Source: Bacillota bacterium (GTDB lineage: Bacteria; Bacillota; Dethiobacteria; DTU022). Taken from it: DNA of 64,000 nucleotides. This document shows positions 49,875 to 61,018 of this stretch, one piece after another; position 1 is the stretch's first letter; every line of letters starts with the position of its first letter. Position numbers and translations under genes: made by a program. Under the pieces are notes generated by a model that was not told where the DNA came from, searched no databases, and saw nothing but the letters and a program-made list of their open reading frames with translations. The DNA lies in contig JBNJHN010000001.1 in assembly GCA_051748565.1 (NCBI GenBank), positions 8,593 through 72,592 on the forward strand, read 5' to 3'.

Positions 49875-51299
49875 ATGATGAGTAAAGATCAGTCATTATT
49901 GCGTGAACTCCCAGCTGTCGACCGTCTGCTGCGCGAACCGGCTTTGGAAGCAATGCAGGAGTTTTTACCACGCCGCATCATTCTTAAGGCAGCCCAGGAT
50001 ATTATTGCTTCTTACCGAAACCATTTAACCGGTAATAATGATCAGAATAACAGAACCGGGGACATCGATCTTTCTCCTGCTGTTTTGGCCCGGGAAGTTG
50101 CAGCACTGGCAGAAAAAAATGCCGGATCAAACCTAAAATCATTAATTAATGCTACAGGAATTATCATCCACACCAATCTCGGCCGTGCGCCGCTGCCTGA
50201 ACCGGCAGTTAATGCTCTGAAAGAAATAGCGACAAACTATAACAATCTTGAATTATCGCTGGAGACCGGTAAACGCGGTTCGCGCCAGGAACACCTGGAA
50301 AACCTTCTCTGCGAGCTTAGCGGAGCCGAAGCGGCTATTGTTCTTAACAATAATGCAGCAGCAGTATTTATTGCCCTTAATACTATAGCCAAAGGCAGGG
50401 AGGTAGTAGTCTCCCGTGGTCAGCTGGTTGAAATCGGTGGCTCTTTCCGTATCCCCGAGATTATGGCCGCAAGTGGTGCACTTATGGTAGAGGTTGGGAC
50501 TACTAACAAAACTTACCTGCGCGATTACGAGGCAGTGGTTAACGAAAACACGGCGGCTTTTCTTAAAGTACACACCAGTAATTATCACATGATCGGTTTT
50601 ACTGCAGAAGTAAATACTGCCGATCTCTCTGAGATGGCTCATAAATACAACCTCCTGCTCATTGAAGATCTGGGCAGTGGTTTGTTTATTGATCCCAAAA
50701 AATATAACCTGCCTTCGGAACCGCAGGTTCAGGACAGTATTGCTGCCGGTGCCGATTTGGTTACCTTCAGTGGTGATAAAATGCTCGGTGGCCCCCAGTC
50801 CGGTATTATGCTCGGGCGCAAAGACCTTGTTTCTGATATTCGTACAAATCAGCTTGCCAGGACTTTGCGTGTTGATAAATTTTCAATTACCGCCCTGGAA
50901 GCGACCTTGCGCCTTTATCTCGACGAAGAAACGGCAATTCGTGAAATACCCGTATGGCGGATGCTTACCATGAAAAAAGAAACCATCAAAAAGCGGGCCT
51001 TGGCTCTGGCTAAACGCTTCGAAGAGATAATTGAAACCGGAAATGTTTTTACTGTCGAAGGTATTTCAAAAGTAGGCGGAGGTGCCCTGCCAATGGCAGA
51101 ACTGCCAACTCACCTGGTAGCAATTAATCTGCCTGAAGAGGGCCTTCACCCAACAAAACTGGTAGAAAGATTGCGCCGGGGTAATCCTCCGGTGATCCTC
51201 CGTCACCAGCAGGATACACTGCTCTTTGATCCCCGAACTATCTTCGAAGGCCAGGAGGATGCCTTAGTGGAAGCTGTCCGCCTGGCTTATTGTGAATAG
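49875..51299 (+). CDS. selA: L-seryl-tRNA(Sec) selenium transferase
   Basis: 474 aa SelA (PLP Lys region [11 protein letters not shown]). RBS AGAGG. Confidence 0.9.
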   Translation: MMSKDQSLLRELPAVDRLLREPALEAMQEFLPRRIILKAAQDIIASYRNHLTGNNDQNNRTGDIDLSPAVLAREVAALAEKNAGSNLKSLINATGIIIHTNLGRAPLPEPAVNALKEIATNYNNLELSLETGKRGSRQEHLENLLCELSGAEAAIVLNNNAAAVFIALNTIAKGREVVVSRGQLVEIGGSFRIPEIMAASGALMVEVGTTNKTYLRDYEAVVNENTAAFLKVHTSNYHMIGFTAEVNTADLSEMAHKYNLLLIEDLGSGLFIDPKKYNLPSEPQVQDSIAAGADLVTFSGDKMLGGPQSGIMLGRKDLVSDIRTNQLARTLRVDKFSITALEATLRLYLDEETAIREIPVWRMLTMKKETIKKRALALAKRFEEIIETGNVFTVEGISKVGGGALPMAELPTHLVAINLPEEGLHPTKLVERLRRGNPPVILRHQQDTLLFDPRTIFEGQEDALVEAVRLAYCE

Positions 51300-51321
51300 C
51301 AGCCCGAGGAGTGTCAACAAT

Positions 51322-53238
51322 TTGGAACAACTGATAATAGGTACAGCCGGCCATGTTGACCACGGGAAAACAGTATTGATCAAGGCGCTCACCGGTATTG
51401 ATACCGATCGACTGCAGGAGGAGAAAGAACGGGGCATATCAATCGACCTCGGTTTTGCTCCCTTCAGACTTCCCGGCGGAAGACTGGCAGGCGTTGTCGA
51501 TGTCCCCGGACACGAACGCTTCATTCACAACATGCTGGCCGGAGCAGCGGGCATGGATCTGGTGATGCTTGTAGTTGATGCAACCGAAGGTATCATGCCC
51601 CAGACCAGGGAGCACCTTGATATTCTGGAACTGCTTGGCACTCAAAAAGGTATTGTAGTTATTACGAAGATAGATCTGGTCGAAGAAGAATGGCGTGAAT
51701 TGGTTCGGGAGGAGATCAGAGAAGAACTTAAAGGGTCATTTCTGGAAGAAGCGCCGATTCATTCTGTTTCAGCAATAGAGGGCCGGGGAATTGAAGAATT
51801 AAAAGAGCTGATTGACCTTTTAACTGCTGATTTGGAAACGAGAAGTTTTTCCGGACCCCTGCGCCTGCCCGTAGACCGCTCTTTTGTGATTGCAGGTTTT
51901 GGGACTGTGGTTACGGGAACCCTCATCCAGGGATTCGTAAAAGTCGGCGATACAGTATCTGTAGTCCCTCCCGGCCTGGAAGCAAGGGTACGTAACATAC
52001 AGGTTCATGATGCTGACGTGAAAGAGGCAAAAGCGGGTTCCAGGGTAGCCCTGAACCTTTCAGGGCTTGAAAAAGGGCAGGTTTTAAGGGGCAGTGTAAT
52101 TAGCACCCCCGGTTATTATCGGCAGACCGATTTGATCGATGTCTCAGTAGAGCTGCTGAAACGTTCGCCGCGCCGCCTTAAAAATTTAGACCCGGTTCAT
52201 TTTTTCCTGGGCACTGCCCGTACTGTGGCCCGACTTTTATTGCTCGATAGTGAAGATCTGCGCCCCGGCCAAAACACTCTTGCGCAGTGCCGATTAGACA
52301 GACCCCTGGTAGCTGAACGGGGTGATTCCTTTGTGATCCGGTCTTATTCACCGATGACTACTATCGGCGGGGGAAAAGTACTGGATCCCTACCCCTCAAA
52401 ACATCGCCGTTTCCGCCCCCAGGTCATTGAGCGTCTCAATGAATTAAGGCAGGCTCCCACTGCCGGGGGAGATGCTGCATTTATTCGTCGGAAACTTGAA
52501 GAACTGGTTGCAGCCGATAGTAGTCGTTTGGCCAGGGAAACCCGTCTTGCTCCGGAAATAGTAAATTCCATTCTAGAAGAACTCTCTTCCGAGGGACTTG
52601 TGCAAAAAATTGGCGGCATTTTTATTGCTGCAGAGATTCTTAAAGAATATGAAGATAAATTATTAACGGAACTGGAAAAATTTCATCGAAAACTGCCTTT
52701 ATCTCCGGGGATTTCACGCGCGCGCTTAAAAGGAATTTTACCTTCCGCTTTCAGCCAGCGAGATTATGATGCCCTGCTTGGTAATCTGCAGGAAAAAGAA
52801 TTGGTTTTATCAAAAGGTGATCTGGTCTCTTTGTATCACTTTAAACCAGTACCTTCAGCCGAAGATAGAAAACTGCTGGACAGTTTAATCGAACTTTACA
52901 AGTCGGAAGGCTTTCAACCTCCGTCTGTAAAAGAGGCCATGGAGCAAGCGGGAGCAAATTATGCCCGCAAAGACGAACTTATAAACTACCTGCTTGCAGA
53001 AAGGGTTTTGGTTAAAATAAATGAAGAGCTCTATTTTCACAATGATATTTATAATGAAGCCCGGAATCTGCTCCTAAAACATTTTTCCGAAAACAAAACT
53101 CTTACCCTGGCCCAGTTCCGGGATATTACGGGCAGCTCTCGGAAATATGCCCAGGCATTACTCGAACACTTTGACCAGGCCAGATTAACCAGGCGTGTTG
53201 AAGACCACAGGGTAGCCTTAAAACTTAAAACTGATTGA
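51322..53238 (+). CDS. selB: Selenocysteine-specific translation elongation factor
   Basis: GTPase domain [21 protein letters not shown], plus C-terminal winged-helix SECIS-binding domains. Start chosen at the TTG after GAGGAG. The ORF start at 51292 (GTG) overlaps selA. Confidence 0.9.
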   Translation: MEQLIIGTAGHVDHGKTVLIKALTGIDTDRLQEEKERGISIDLGFAPFRLPGGRLAGVVDVPGHERFIHNMLAGAAGMDLVMLVVDATEGIMPQTREHLDILELLGTQKGIVVITKIDLVEEEWRELVREEIREELKGSFLEEAPIHSVSAIEGRGIEELKELIDLLTADLETRSFSGPLRLPVDRSFVIAGFGTVVTGTLIQGFVKVGDTVSVVPPGLEARVRNIQVHDADVKEAKAGSRVALNLSGLEKGQVLRGSVISTPGYYRQTDLIDVSVELLKRSPRRLKNLDPVHFFLGTARTVARLLLLDSEDLRPGQNTLAQCRLDRPLVAERGDSFVIRSYSPMTTIGGGKVLDPYPSKHRRFRPQVIERLNELRQAPTAGGDAAFIRRKLEELVAADSSRLARETRLAPEIVNSILEELSSEGLVQKIGGIFIAAEILKEYEDKLLTELEKFHRKLPLSPGISRARLKGILPSAFSQRDYDALLGNLQEKELVLSKGDLVSLYHFKPVPSAEDRKLLDSLIELYKSEGFQPPSVKEAMEQAGANYARKDELINYLLAERVLVKINEELYFHNDIYNEARNLLLKHFSENKTLTLAQFRDITGSSRKYAQALLEHFDQARLTRRVEDHRVALKLKTD

Positions 53239-53288
53239 TCTATAAATATAAGTCCCGGAGCCCCGGAGACAGAAAGGATGGCGAGCCG

Positions 53289-54338
53289 ATGAGTCGTGAA
53301 GATATCCGCCTGACCAGTATGACCTCAAGCGCCGGCTGAGCGGCGAAAATCGGGCCTGAGGCCCTGGCGCAGGTGCTGCGTCGATTACCGGCTATTGAGG
53401 ATCCAAACTATTTGAACCGCGAGCAGCACTTTTCGGATGCAGGTATTTATCGTATCTCAGAAAAGCAAGCCCTGGTTCAGACTGTGGATTTCTTTACGCC
53501 CATAGTTGACGACCCTTACAAATTCGGGCAAATTGCTGCCGCCAATGCATTCAGCGATGTCTATGCCATTGGTGCAAAACCGCTTACTGCTTTAAATGTT
53601 ATTTGTTACCCGTTATCCTGTCACCCCCTGGAAGTGATGGAGGATATTCTGCGTGGTGGCTACGACAAGATTATTGAAGCTGGTGCGGTACTGGTTGGAG
53701 GCCACAGTATTGAAGATCCCGAACCCAAATACGGTCTATCTGTAACCGGTTTGGTTGATATTAATAAGATGGTCACCTCAGGTGGTGCAAAACCGGGTGA
53801 TTGCCTTATTCTGACCAAGCCGCTGGGCACAGGTATTATTGCCACCGCAGTAAAAGGTGAAATTATCACAGATCAAGATGCAGCAGTTGTAATCAATGGA
53901 ATGGCAGCTCTCAGTGCAGCACCTTCCAAAGCGATGGTGCAGATAGGTGTATCCGCCTGTACTGATGTGACAGGGTTTAGCCTGCTGGGACACCTGTATG
54001 AGATGCTAATTTCAAGTAATGTCGCTGCCGAAATAGAATATAGAAAAGTGCCTCTCTATCCTGAAGTTAAAGAGATGACTGCAATGGGAATGATTCCCGG
54101 TGGGGCCTACCGCAATCTTGAATATATACGACCACATTTATCCTGGAAAGGAAAAGCGGAGGATAAGGACGATACCCTGGTTATTCTTTCTGATCCGCAA
54201 ACTTCAGGAGGGCTTTTAATCGCCCTGCAAGAAGCAAAGCTGGAAGCTTATTTTTCTATCCTGAAAGAAAATAATATCGAAGGTTATCAAATCGGCCGAA
54301 TTACCAAGGGTCCTCCCGGCAGAATCGTTGTTGCCTGA
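53289..54338 (+). CDS. selD: Selenide, water dikinase (selenophosphate synthetase), selenocysteine-containing form with in-frame TGA at 53337-53339
   Basis: The ORF caller starts at 53373, but the frame continues upstream through TGA to an ATG at 53289 preceded by AAAGGA. This gives MSREDIRLTSMTSSAG-U-AAKIGPEALAQVL, which matches the SelD N-terminus GAGCGCK with Sec in place of the catalytic Cys and the conserved Lys retained. Confidence 0.8.
53352..53364 (+). promoter_or_regulatory. SECIS-like hairpin 12 nt downstream of the selD UGA
   Basis: GGGCC-TGA-GGCCC stem-loop with a G in the apical loop. Position and form are consistent with a bacterial SECIS. Confidence 0.35.
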
Positions 54339-54603
54339 ATTCAGGTTTTGCCAATTATTTTAAGGGTTAATAGTTGATTATGTTAAATATTTATGAATTT
54401 AAAGTTACAGGCAGGAAAAAATAAAGGAAATGTCGAAATTACTTAAGATAGTCCATTAATATCGCAATTGTCTGACAATAAAACCGGGTCAAGGGGGTGT
54501 GGTAGCAGCGGAGTAGTTATTTCGATTCCTCAGACGGTAAACGGGATTGTGTTTGCCGGGAGCATTGTGGAAAAATTATCACTTAATGATGCGGGGTATG
54601 CTA

Positions 54604-55740
54604 ATGAGTACCGAAATTCAGACTTTTACTGAAAAATATGATCTGCTGGGTTGTATTCAATGCGGTCGCTGTACCGGCGGTTGCCCGGTTACTGTGCGGG
54701 CAGATTTAAACGTACGTCAATTTGTAAATGATGCTTACAACGAAGAAAAGCTTGACGAGTTGGCCAGGCTGGCTGAAATTTGGGATTGCACAGCCTGTCA
54801 TACCTGTGCTGTTCGCTGTCCCAAGGGCTTAAAACCGCTTGAGGTTTTAATTGGCCTGCGATCGCTGATTGTCGAAAGTGGTAAAGTCGAACCGACTGTG
54901 CGAGATGCTTTGCAAAGTGTCCTTCTCGAAGGAAATCCCTGGGAAAAATCAAGAGCAGCCCGTTCTGATTGGATGGAAGGTCTTGATGTAAATATTGCTG
55001 AACCCGGGGTTCCTGTAGAAAACCTTTTTTTTGTTTGCTGTACGATTGCCTATGACCCCCGGGTCCAGACTATTGCCAAAAATATCGTCAGGCTTTTAAA
55101 CAAGGCCGGTGTTGACTATGCCTTTTTGCCGGAAGATGAAAGCTGCTGCGGCAGCGAGGTTTTCACTCTCGGTGAAGAGGGGCTTTTCGAAATGTTGGTT
55201 GAAGATAATACGGAATATTTGAATGAATTTTCCGCGAAGCGGATAGTGACTCTTTCGCCGCACTGCTTTACTACTTACAAAACCCATTACCCTGACCTTA
55301 AAGTGCCCGTTCTTCATTATACCCAGCTATTGGTTGAATTACTCAGGGAAGGAAAGCTTACCTGGAAAGGTGATCTCCAAAAAAGGATTGTCTACCATGA
55401 TCCCTGCTATTTGGGTAAGCAGGGTGATATTTATGATGAACCCCGGGAATTGTTAAAGAGTATTCCCGGAGCAGTGCTCGTAGAATTTGACCGCCGCCGT
55501 GAACGCAGTCTCTGTTGTGAAGGCGGTGGTGGAAAGATGTGGGTAGAATCAGAGTCTAAGAAGGAACGCCTGGCTGATACACGAATCAAGGATGCCAAAG
55601 CTCTCGATGCCGATATCGTAGCTGTTGCGTGTCCTTTCTGTGTATTAACACTGGAAGATTCATTGAAAGGTCTTGGTTTTGAGGAAGAAATGCGTGTAGC
55701 GGAAATAATGGAGCTTCTTGGCGAATATGTGGAGTCGTAA
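54604..55740 (+). CDS. HdrD-like (HdrB/HdrC-fusion type) iron-sulfur protein with two CCG cysteine-rich domains
   Basis: Two 4Fe-4S ferredoxin motifs (CIQCGRCTGGCP, CTACHTCAVRCP) followed by two CCG-type Cys clusters (CCGSEVF...HCF, CCEGGGG...CPFC). No TM segment. Start among clustered Met codons, taken as the ATG at 54604. Confidence 0.75.
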   Translation: MSTEIQTFTEKYDLLGCIQCGRCTGGCPVTVRADLNVRQFVNDAYNEEKLDELARLAEIWDCTACHTCAVRCPKGLKPLEVLIGLRSLIVESGKVEPTVRDALQSVLLEGNPWEKSRAARSDWMEGLDVNIAEPGVPVENLFFVCCTIAYDPRVQTIAKNIVRLLNKAGVDYAFLPEDESCCGSEVFTLGEEGLFEMLVEDNTEYLNEFSAKRIVTLSPHCFTTYKTHYPDLKVPVLHYTQLLVELLREGKLTWKGDLQKRIVYHDPCYLGKQGDIYDEPRELLKSIPGAVLVEFDRRRERSLCCEGGGGKMWVESESKKERLADTRIKDAKALDADIVAVACPFCVLTLEDSLKGLGFEEEMRVAEIMELLGEYVES

Positions 55741-55776
55741 GCAATTTTATATTATTGCAGGAGGTGGAATGAATAG

Positions 55777-56565
55777 ATGAAAACTTTAGTATGTATCAAG
55801 TATGTGCCCGATACTTCCGAGGCGGAAGTAAAACTAAATCCAGATGGCATCACGGTTGATGACAGCCGATTTTCATTTGACATCAACGATGCCGACAATT
55901 ATGCCGTTGAAGAATCAGTCTTGATTAAAGAAGCAAAGGGCGGTGAAATAACCGTTATTTCGATCGGGCCGAAAAAATCTGATGTGATGATTCGTATGGC
56001 TATGGCAAAGGGATGCGACCAGGCGGTTCGAGTCGAAGACGACCGTATTGCGATCCATGATCCGCTTATGGTGGCGAAAACACTTGCCGGTGCAATCAAA
56101 GGGCATGAATTCGATCTGGTGCTTACAGGTTGCATGGCTAATGATGATTGGCACATGTCGACCGGTGTAGCCCTGGCTGAAGAACTTGGTGTAAACCATG
56201 CCTCAATGGTCAATAATGTTGAAATTTTAGACGGTAAAGTCAAAGTTCATCGTGAATTGGAAGGTGGACTGTTAGAAGTAGTTGAACTTGAACTTCCTGC
56301 AGTCCTTACAATACAGACTGGTATCAACGAGCCTCGTTATGCCCCGATTCGCGGCATCCGCCAGGCTCAGAAGAAAGAACTTAATGTTGTCAGCTTGGAT
56401 GATATCGGTATAGATCCTGGGGAAGTTAATGCAGATGCTTCACAGGTAATCCTGGAAAAACTCTATATACCTGAAATTGAATCCAGTGCTGAATTTATCG
56501 AAGGTGAACCGGAGGAGAAGGCTGAAAAACTGGCGTCCATATTGCATAAGGGAGGCTTAGTATAA
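55777..56565 (+). CDS. etfB: Electron transfer flavoprotein beta subunit
   Basis: MKTLVCIKYVPDT N-terminus. RBS GGAGGTGG. Confidence 0.85.
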   Translation: MKTLVCIKYVPDTSEAEVKLNPDGITVDDSRFSFDINDADNYAVEESVLIKEAKGGEITVISIGPKKSDVMIRMAMAKGCDQAVRVEDDRIAIHDPLMVAKTLAGAIKGHEFDLVLTGCMANDDWHMSTGVALAEELGVNHASMVNNVEILDGKVKVHRELEGGLLEVVELELPAVLTIQTGINEPRYAPIRGIRQAQKKELNVVSLDDIGIDPGEVNADASQVILEKLYIPEIESSAEFIEGEPEEKAEKLASILHKGGLV

Positions 56566-57539
56566 TGGGTAACGTTTTAGTATTGGTAGAACACCGTCAG
56601 GGTGCATTGAGGGATGTTTCTTTTGAAATGATGGCAGTTGCTCCCGGAATTGCAGAAAGTATGGATGGCGAAGTCGTTGTGCTGCTTCTCGGCAGCGGAT
56701 TGGACGATATGGCCAAGAAGATGACTGGATATGGTGTCAAGGTTATGGTTGTCGATGATCCCGCTTTTGAGAATTTCAACGCCGAAAAATACCAGATGGC
56801 TCTGTCGGCCTTAATTGATGATCTTAAGCCTGCGGTCCTTATGACCGGTCACACGGCCCAGGGGGTCGATTTTATGCCTGCCCTCGCTGTGGAGAAAAAG
56901 CTGCCTCTGGTTGCCGATGCAGTCGGGTTGATTTATGAAGATGGGACTTTAAAAGCGACCCGCTCGCTTTACTCGGGCAAAGTAAATGCCATAGTTGCAT
57001 TTAAACCTGCAGATACTTACCTGGTTACTTTCAGGGAAGGCGCGGTAGAAGCGCCCGAGGCATCTGCTGCAGGTGAATTGGAGAAGATAGATTCCCCGCT
57101 GAAAGAAGATGTGCCTTATCGTAAGTTTGTTGAATATATTGAAGCAGAAGTCGGCGATGTCGATATTACCCAGTCCGATATACTGGTAGCTATAGGCCGC
57201 GGGCTGAAAGAAGATAAAAACCTTCCTGGGGTAGAAGAACTGGCTAAGGCAATAAAAGCTGACATAGCCGGTTCCAGGGCGGCGACAGATGCCGGTTGGA
57301 TTCCCCATGACCGTCAGGTCGGTACTTCCGGAAAATCGGTTAAACCGAAGCTCTATATTGCTATGGGTATATCGGGAGCATTCCAGCATTTGGCCGGAAT
57401 GAAAGGGGCTAAAACAATCGTAGCTATCAACAAAGATCCTGAAGCCCCGATATTCTCAGTGGCCGATTACGCTATTGTAGATGACATGTTCAAAGTTTTG
57501 CCCAAGTTAACTGAAAAGCTAAAAGAGCTCAAAGGATAA
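56565..57539 (+). CDS. etfA: Electron transfer flavoprotein alpha subunit
   Basis: 324 aa EtfA with FAD-binding C-terminal domain. TAATG overlap with etfB. Confidence 0.85.
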   Translation: MGNVLVLVEHRQGALRDVSFEMMAVAPGIAESMDGEVVVLLLGSGLDDMAKKMTGYGVKVMVVDDPAFENFNAEKYQMALSALIDDLKPAVLMTGHTAQGVDFMPALAVEKKLPLVADAVGLIYEDGTLKATRSLYSGKVNAIVAFKPADTYLVTFREGAVEAPEASAAGELEKIDSPLKEDVPYRKFVEYIEAEVGDVDITQSDILVAIGRGLKEDKNLPGVEELAKAIKADIAGSRAATDAGWIPHDRQVGTSGKSVKPKLYIAMGISGAFQHLAGMKGAKTIVAINKDPEAPIFSVADYAIVDDMFKVLPKLTEKLKELKG

Positions 57540-57571
57540 AACAGTATTAGAGGGCCAATCTTTGCGGGAGG

Positions 57572-59584
57572 ATGAAAAATCAGATGACGGAAAAACCAAA
57601 AATTGGCGTCTATGTCTGCCACTGTGGGATTAATATAGCTTCGACAGTAGATGTAGATGCAGTTTCAGAATATGCGCAAAATTTACCTAACGTAGAGGTA
57701 GCGCGCACCTATTCATATATGTGTTCCGATCCCGGACAGGTCCTGATCAAGAATGATATAAAGGAGCAAGGCTTAAACAGGATCGTTGTTGCTTCCTGTT
57801 CGCCCCGGATGCATGAACCGACTTTCAGGAAGGCGATTGCAGAAGCGGGCATAAATCCTTATTTCCTTGAGATGGCCAATGTTCGGGAACAGTGCTCATG
57901 GGTCCATGAAGAGATAGAAGAAGGAACAGCTAAGGCTAAAAAACTGGTTTCAGCTTCCGTGGCCAAGGTCAGGCTGCTTGAAGCGCTCGAAACAAAAGAA
58001 GTAGATGCCGAACCCTCTGCCCTGGTTATCGGGGCTGGTATTGCCGGTATTCAGGCATCTCTTGATATTGCCGATGCGGGGTTTAAGGTTTATCTTGTGG
58101 AAAAAACACCTTCAGTGGGCGGCCGGATGGCTCAGCTCGATAAGACCTTCCCCACTCTTGACTGCTCGGCCTGTATTCTTACCCCTAAGATGGTGGACGC
58201 CGCCAGTCATCCCAACATCGAGCTTTTGAGCTACTCTGAAGTTGAGGAAATCACCGGTTTTATCGGTAACTTTGATGTTAAAGTGCGCAAAAAAGCACGC
58301 TATGTTGATTTTGATAAATGTACAGGCTGTGGTGACTGTGCTGCGGAATGCCGTGTCAAAGACCGTATCCCAAGCGAGTTTGACCAGGGTATGGGTAAAC
58401 GTTCCGCTATTTACCTGCCTTTTCCACAGGCTGTGCCGGCCAAGTACACCATCGATCCCGAAAACTGCCTTTATCTCAGCAAGGGCAAATGTGGCAAGAG
58501 CCCGAAATGCCAGGATGTCTGCGGAGCAGGGGCGATAAACTTTGACCAGGAAGATGAAATAGTTGAATTTAAAGTCGGTGCGATTATTGTGGCAACAGGA
58601 TTTGATCCCTTTGATGCTTCACGCAAACCTGAATACGGTTATGACGATTATCCCAATGTAATCACAGGTATGGAGATGGAACGCCTTGTCTCTGCATCGG
58701 GACCGACCGGTGGTAAAGTTAAGATTTTTAACGGTGAAGAAGTAATTGAACCGAAAGAAATTGCTCTAATCAAATGTGTCGGTTCACGCGATCAAAGTGT
58801 TGGTAATGAGTATTGTTCAAGGGTTTGCTGTATGTATGTTGCCAAACAGGCTCACCTGCTCAGGGATAAAATGCCTGATGCCAACATAAGGATTTACTAT
58901 ATGGATGTGCGGGCTTTCGGTAAGGGTTTCGAAGAATTCTATGATCGGGTCCGCCGTGAAAATGTTCGCTACATCCGCGGAAACCCCTCTGAAATATTTA
59001 AGCGGGGCAATAAACTTGTGATTAAAGTCGAAGACACCCTGACTTCTACACCGCTTGAAGATGAAGTAGATATGGTCGTACTGGGGGTTGGCCTGGAACC
59101 GCGTGCTGATATGCGTCAAATTATGGATTTACTGCGACTTTCACAGTCCCCTGACCGTTTCTTCTTGGAGGCACACCCTAAACTTCGACCTGTGGATACT
59201 GCAACGGACGGTGTTTTTTTAGCCGGCTGCTGCCAGGGCCCGAAAGATATTCCCGATACCGTAGCCCAGGCCAAGGGCGCTGCCGCTTCGGCGATGATCC
59301 CGTTGGCCAGGGGCAAAGTGACAATCAATGCCCAGGTGGCTACGGTTAATGAAGCAACCTGCAGGGGCTGCAGCTTTTGCGTCAGCATTTGCCCCTATTC
59401 TGCTATTGAGATGGTTACTGTAAACCGTTTCGGCAACGAAGTGGAAGTTGCCAGGGTCAACGAGGCCCTTTGTAAGGGCTGTGGTTCATGCTCAGCTGCC
59501 TGTCTCTCCGATTCAATTCAGCCGAAGTCATTCCGCGACAGCCAGATCTTACCACAGATTGCGGCATTGGGGGTCATGAAATGA
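57572..59584 (+). CDS. hdrA: Heterodisulfide reductase subunit A-like flavoprotein
   Basis: N-terminal Cys cluster (VCHCGINIAS), FAD-binding GAGIAGIQAS, inserted ferredoxin domain (CTGCGDCAAEC...CQDVCGAG) and two C-terminal 4Fe-4S motifs (CRGCSFCVSICP, CKGCGSCSAACL). Alternative start at the ATG 57584. Confidence 0.85.
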   Translation: MKNQMTEKPKIGVYVCHCGINIASTVDVDAVSEYAQNLPNVEVARTYSYMCSDPGQVLIKNDIKEQGLNRIVVASCSPRMHEPTFRKAIAEAGINPYFLEMANVREQCSWVHEEIEEGTAKAKKLVSASVAKVRLLEALETKEVDAEPSALVIGAGIAGIQASLDIADAGFKVYLVEKTPSVGGRMAQLDKTFPTLDCSACILTPKMVDAASHPNIELLSYSEVEEITGFIGNFDVKVRKKARYVDFDKCTGCGDCAAECRVKDRIPSEFDQGMGKRSAIYLPFPQAVPAKYTIDPENCLYLSKGKCGKSPKCQDVCGAGAINFDQEDEIVEFKVGAIIVATGFDPFDASRKPEYGYDDYPNVITGMEMERLVSASGPTGGKVKIFNGEEVIEPKEIALIKCVGSRDQSVGNEYCSRVCCMYVAKQAHLLRDKMPDANIRIYYMDVRAFGKGFEEFYDRVRRENVRYIRGNPSEIFKRGNKLVIKVEDTLTSTPLEDEVDMVVLGVGLEPRADMRQIMDLLRLSQSPDRFFLEAHPKLRPVDTATDGVFLAGCCQGPKDIPDTVAQAKGAAASAMIPLARGKVTINAQVATVNEATCRGCSFCVSICPYSAIEMVTVNRFGNEVEVARVNEALCKGCGSCSAACLSDSIQPKSFRDSQILPQIAALGVMK

Positions 59585-60012
59585 GCGCAAACTTTGAACC
59601 TAACATTGTAGCTTTTCTATGTAACTGGTGCTCCTATGCCGGAGCCGATCTTGCAGGCACCAGCCGGGTGCATTACCCGGCAAACCTACAGATTATACGG
59701 GTAATGTGTTCGGGGCGGGTTAATCCACTCTATGTCATGAATGCCCTGCAGCAGGGTGCTGATGGAGTGCTGGTTTCAGGTTGTCATCCCGGAGATTGCC
59801 ACTACATGGAAGGCAACTACTATGCCAGGCGCCGGCTTGGTATGTTAAAAGACCTGATGGAATTTGTCGGTGTCGATCCAAAACGCTTTCACATGAGCTG
59901 GGTATCTGCCTCCGAGGGGCATAAGTGGAAAGAAGTGGTGGAAAAAACCGTTGAAGATGCACGAGAAGCCGGACCGTTTGAAGGGTTCAGGCGTCGTCAG
60001 ATCGATTGGTAG
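59581..60012 (+). CDS. mvhD: MvhD/FlxD-like methyl-viologen-reducing hydrogenase delta subunit homolog
   Basis: About 143 aa with the MvhD Cys pattern (CNWCSYAGADLAG...CSGRVNP...SGCHPGDCHY). ATGA overlap with hdrA. Confidence 0.8.
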   Translation: MSANFEPNIVAFLCNWCSYAGADLAGTSRVHYPANLQIIRVMCSGRVNPLYVMNALQQGADGVLVSGCHPGDCHYMEGNYYARRRLGMLKDLMEFVGVDPKRFHMSWVSASEGHKWKEVVEKTVEDAREAGPFEGFRRRQIDW

Positions 60013-60026
60013 GAGGGGTTTTATAG

Positions 60027-61007
60027 ATGGATCTGGAACAATTACGAAAAACTGCGGCTGAAGTAGCGGCCCGTGATGATGTTAAGTACCTGATCGGTTG
60101 GAAAAAAGGTTCTTACGGCTACAGGGTTGCCCCGGGCTTTATCGAAGATGCCGCCGGTGCTGCAGAGCTGATCTTTTCACCCCTTTGCACCGCTAACCTG
60201 GCTACATACCTGACACTGGTAGAAAAACTTCCCGTTCCGCGTGGTCAGGAAGCCGACAACCGCAAGGTTGCCTTAATGGTCAAAGGATGTGACAGCCGGG
60301 CAGTAACCCAACTCCTGGTTGAAAAGGGAATTCACCGTGACGAAGTACTCATTATCGGATGTCCTTGTCCGGGTGTTGTTGACCCGGACCTGCTGGCTGA
60401 AAAATTTCCGGAAACTGAAGAATCAGTGGAAATGAAGTGGAATGGGGATGGATTTCTTCTGGTTCGGGACGGAGAAGAAACCAAAATAGCCAGGGAAGAT
60501 CTGCTGGCTGAAAAATGCCGGTTATGCCGTTATCCAAACCCGGTAATTAGTGATATCATGCTTGGCGATCCGGTTGAAACCTGGGAACCGGCAGAAGATA
60601 AAGGTGTGACAGAAATCGAAGGCAAAGATGTGGACGAACGCGCGGCCTACTGGGAAGAGCAATTCGAGAAATGTGTACGCTGTTACAGCTGTCGTAATGT
60701 TTGTCCGCTCTGTTATTGTCAGGACTGTATCCTCGATCGTCTTAACCCGACCTGGGTTAACCGGGCGGTCAACTTTTCCGAGAATACAGCTTTTAATATT
60801 GCCCGGGCCTTTCACCTTGCCGGCCGTTGTATTGAGTGCGGTGAATGCGAGCGTGTCTGCCCGGCAAATATTCCCCTGGGTAAGTTAAATCGCAAACTGG
60901 CCCGGGAAGTGCGGGATAAATACGATTTTGAGCCCGGGTTAGACCCCGAGGCCGAACCGTTCCAGGCCAGCTTTAAGCCTGATGATCCCGAGGACTTCAT
61001 ACTTTAG
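60027..61007 (+). CDS. Iron-sulfur cluster-binding protein (FlxC/HydB/AsrA-like ferredoxin-type subunit)
   Basis: Multiple Cys clusters (CPCPG, CRLCRYPNP, CVRCYSCRNVCPLCYC, CIECGECERVCP). RBS GGAGGGG. Confidence 0.55.
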   Translation: MDLEQLRKTAAEVAARDDVKYLIGWKKGSYGYRVAPGFIEDAAGAAELIFSPLCTANLATYLTLVEKLPVPRGQEADNRKVALMVKGCDSRAVTQLLVEKGIHRDEVLIIGCPCPGVVDPDLLAEKFPETEESVEMKWNGDGFLLVRDGEETKIAREDLLAEKCRLCRYPNPVISDIMLGDPVETWEPAEDKGVTEIEGKDVDERAAYWEEQFEKCVRCYSCRNVCPLCYCQDCILDRLNPTWVNRAVNFSENTAFNIARAFHLAGRCIECGECERVCPANIPLGKLNRKLAREVRDKYDFEPGLDPEAEPFQASFKPDDPEDFIL

Positions 61008-61018
61008 AGGTGGGTGAT

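Noticed and set aside
59488-59580. Upstream extension of the MvhD ORF (MLSCLSLRF...)
   Set aside because: It overlaps the hdrA 3' end in another frame. The ATG at 59581 gives a canonical MvhD N-terminus and an ATGA-coupled start.
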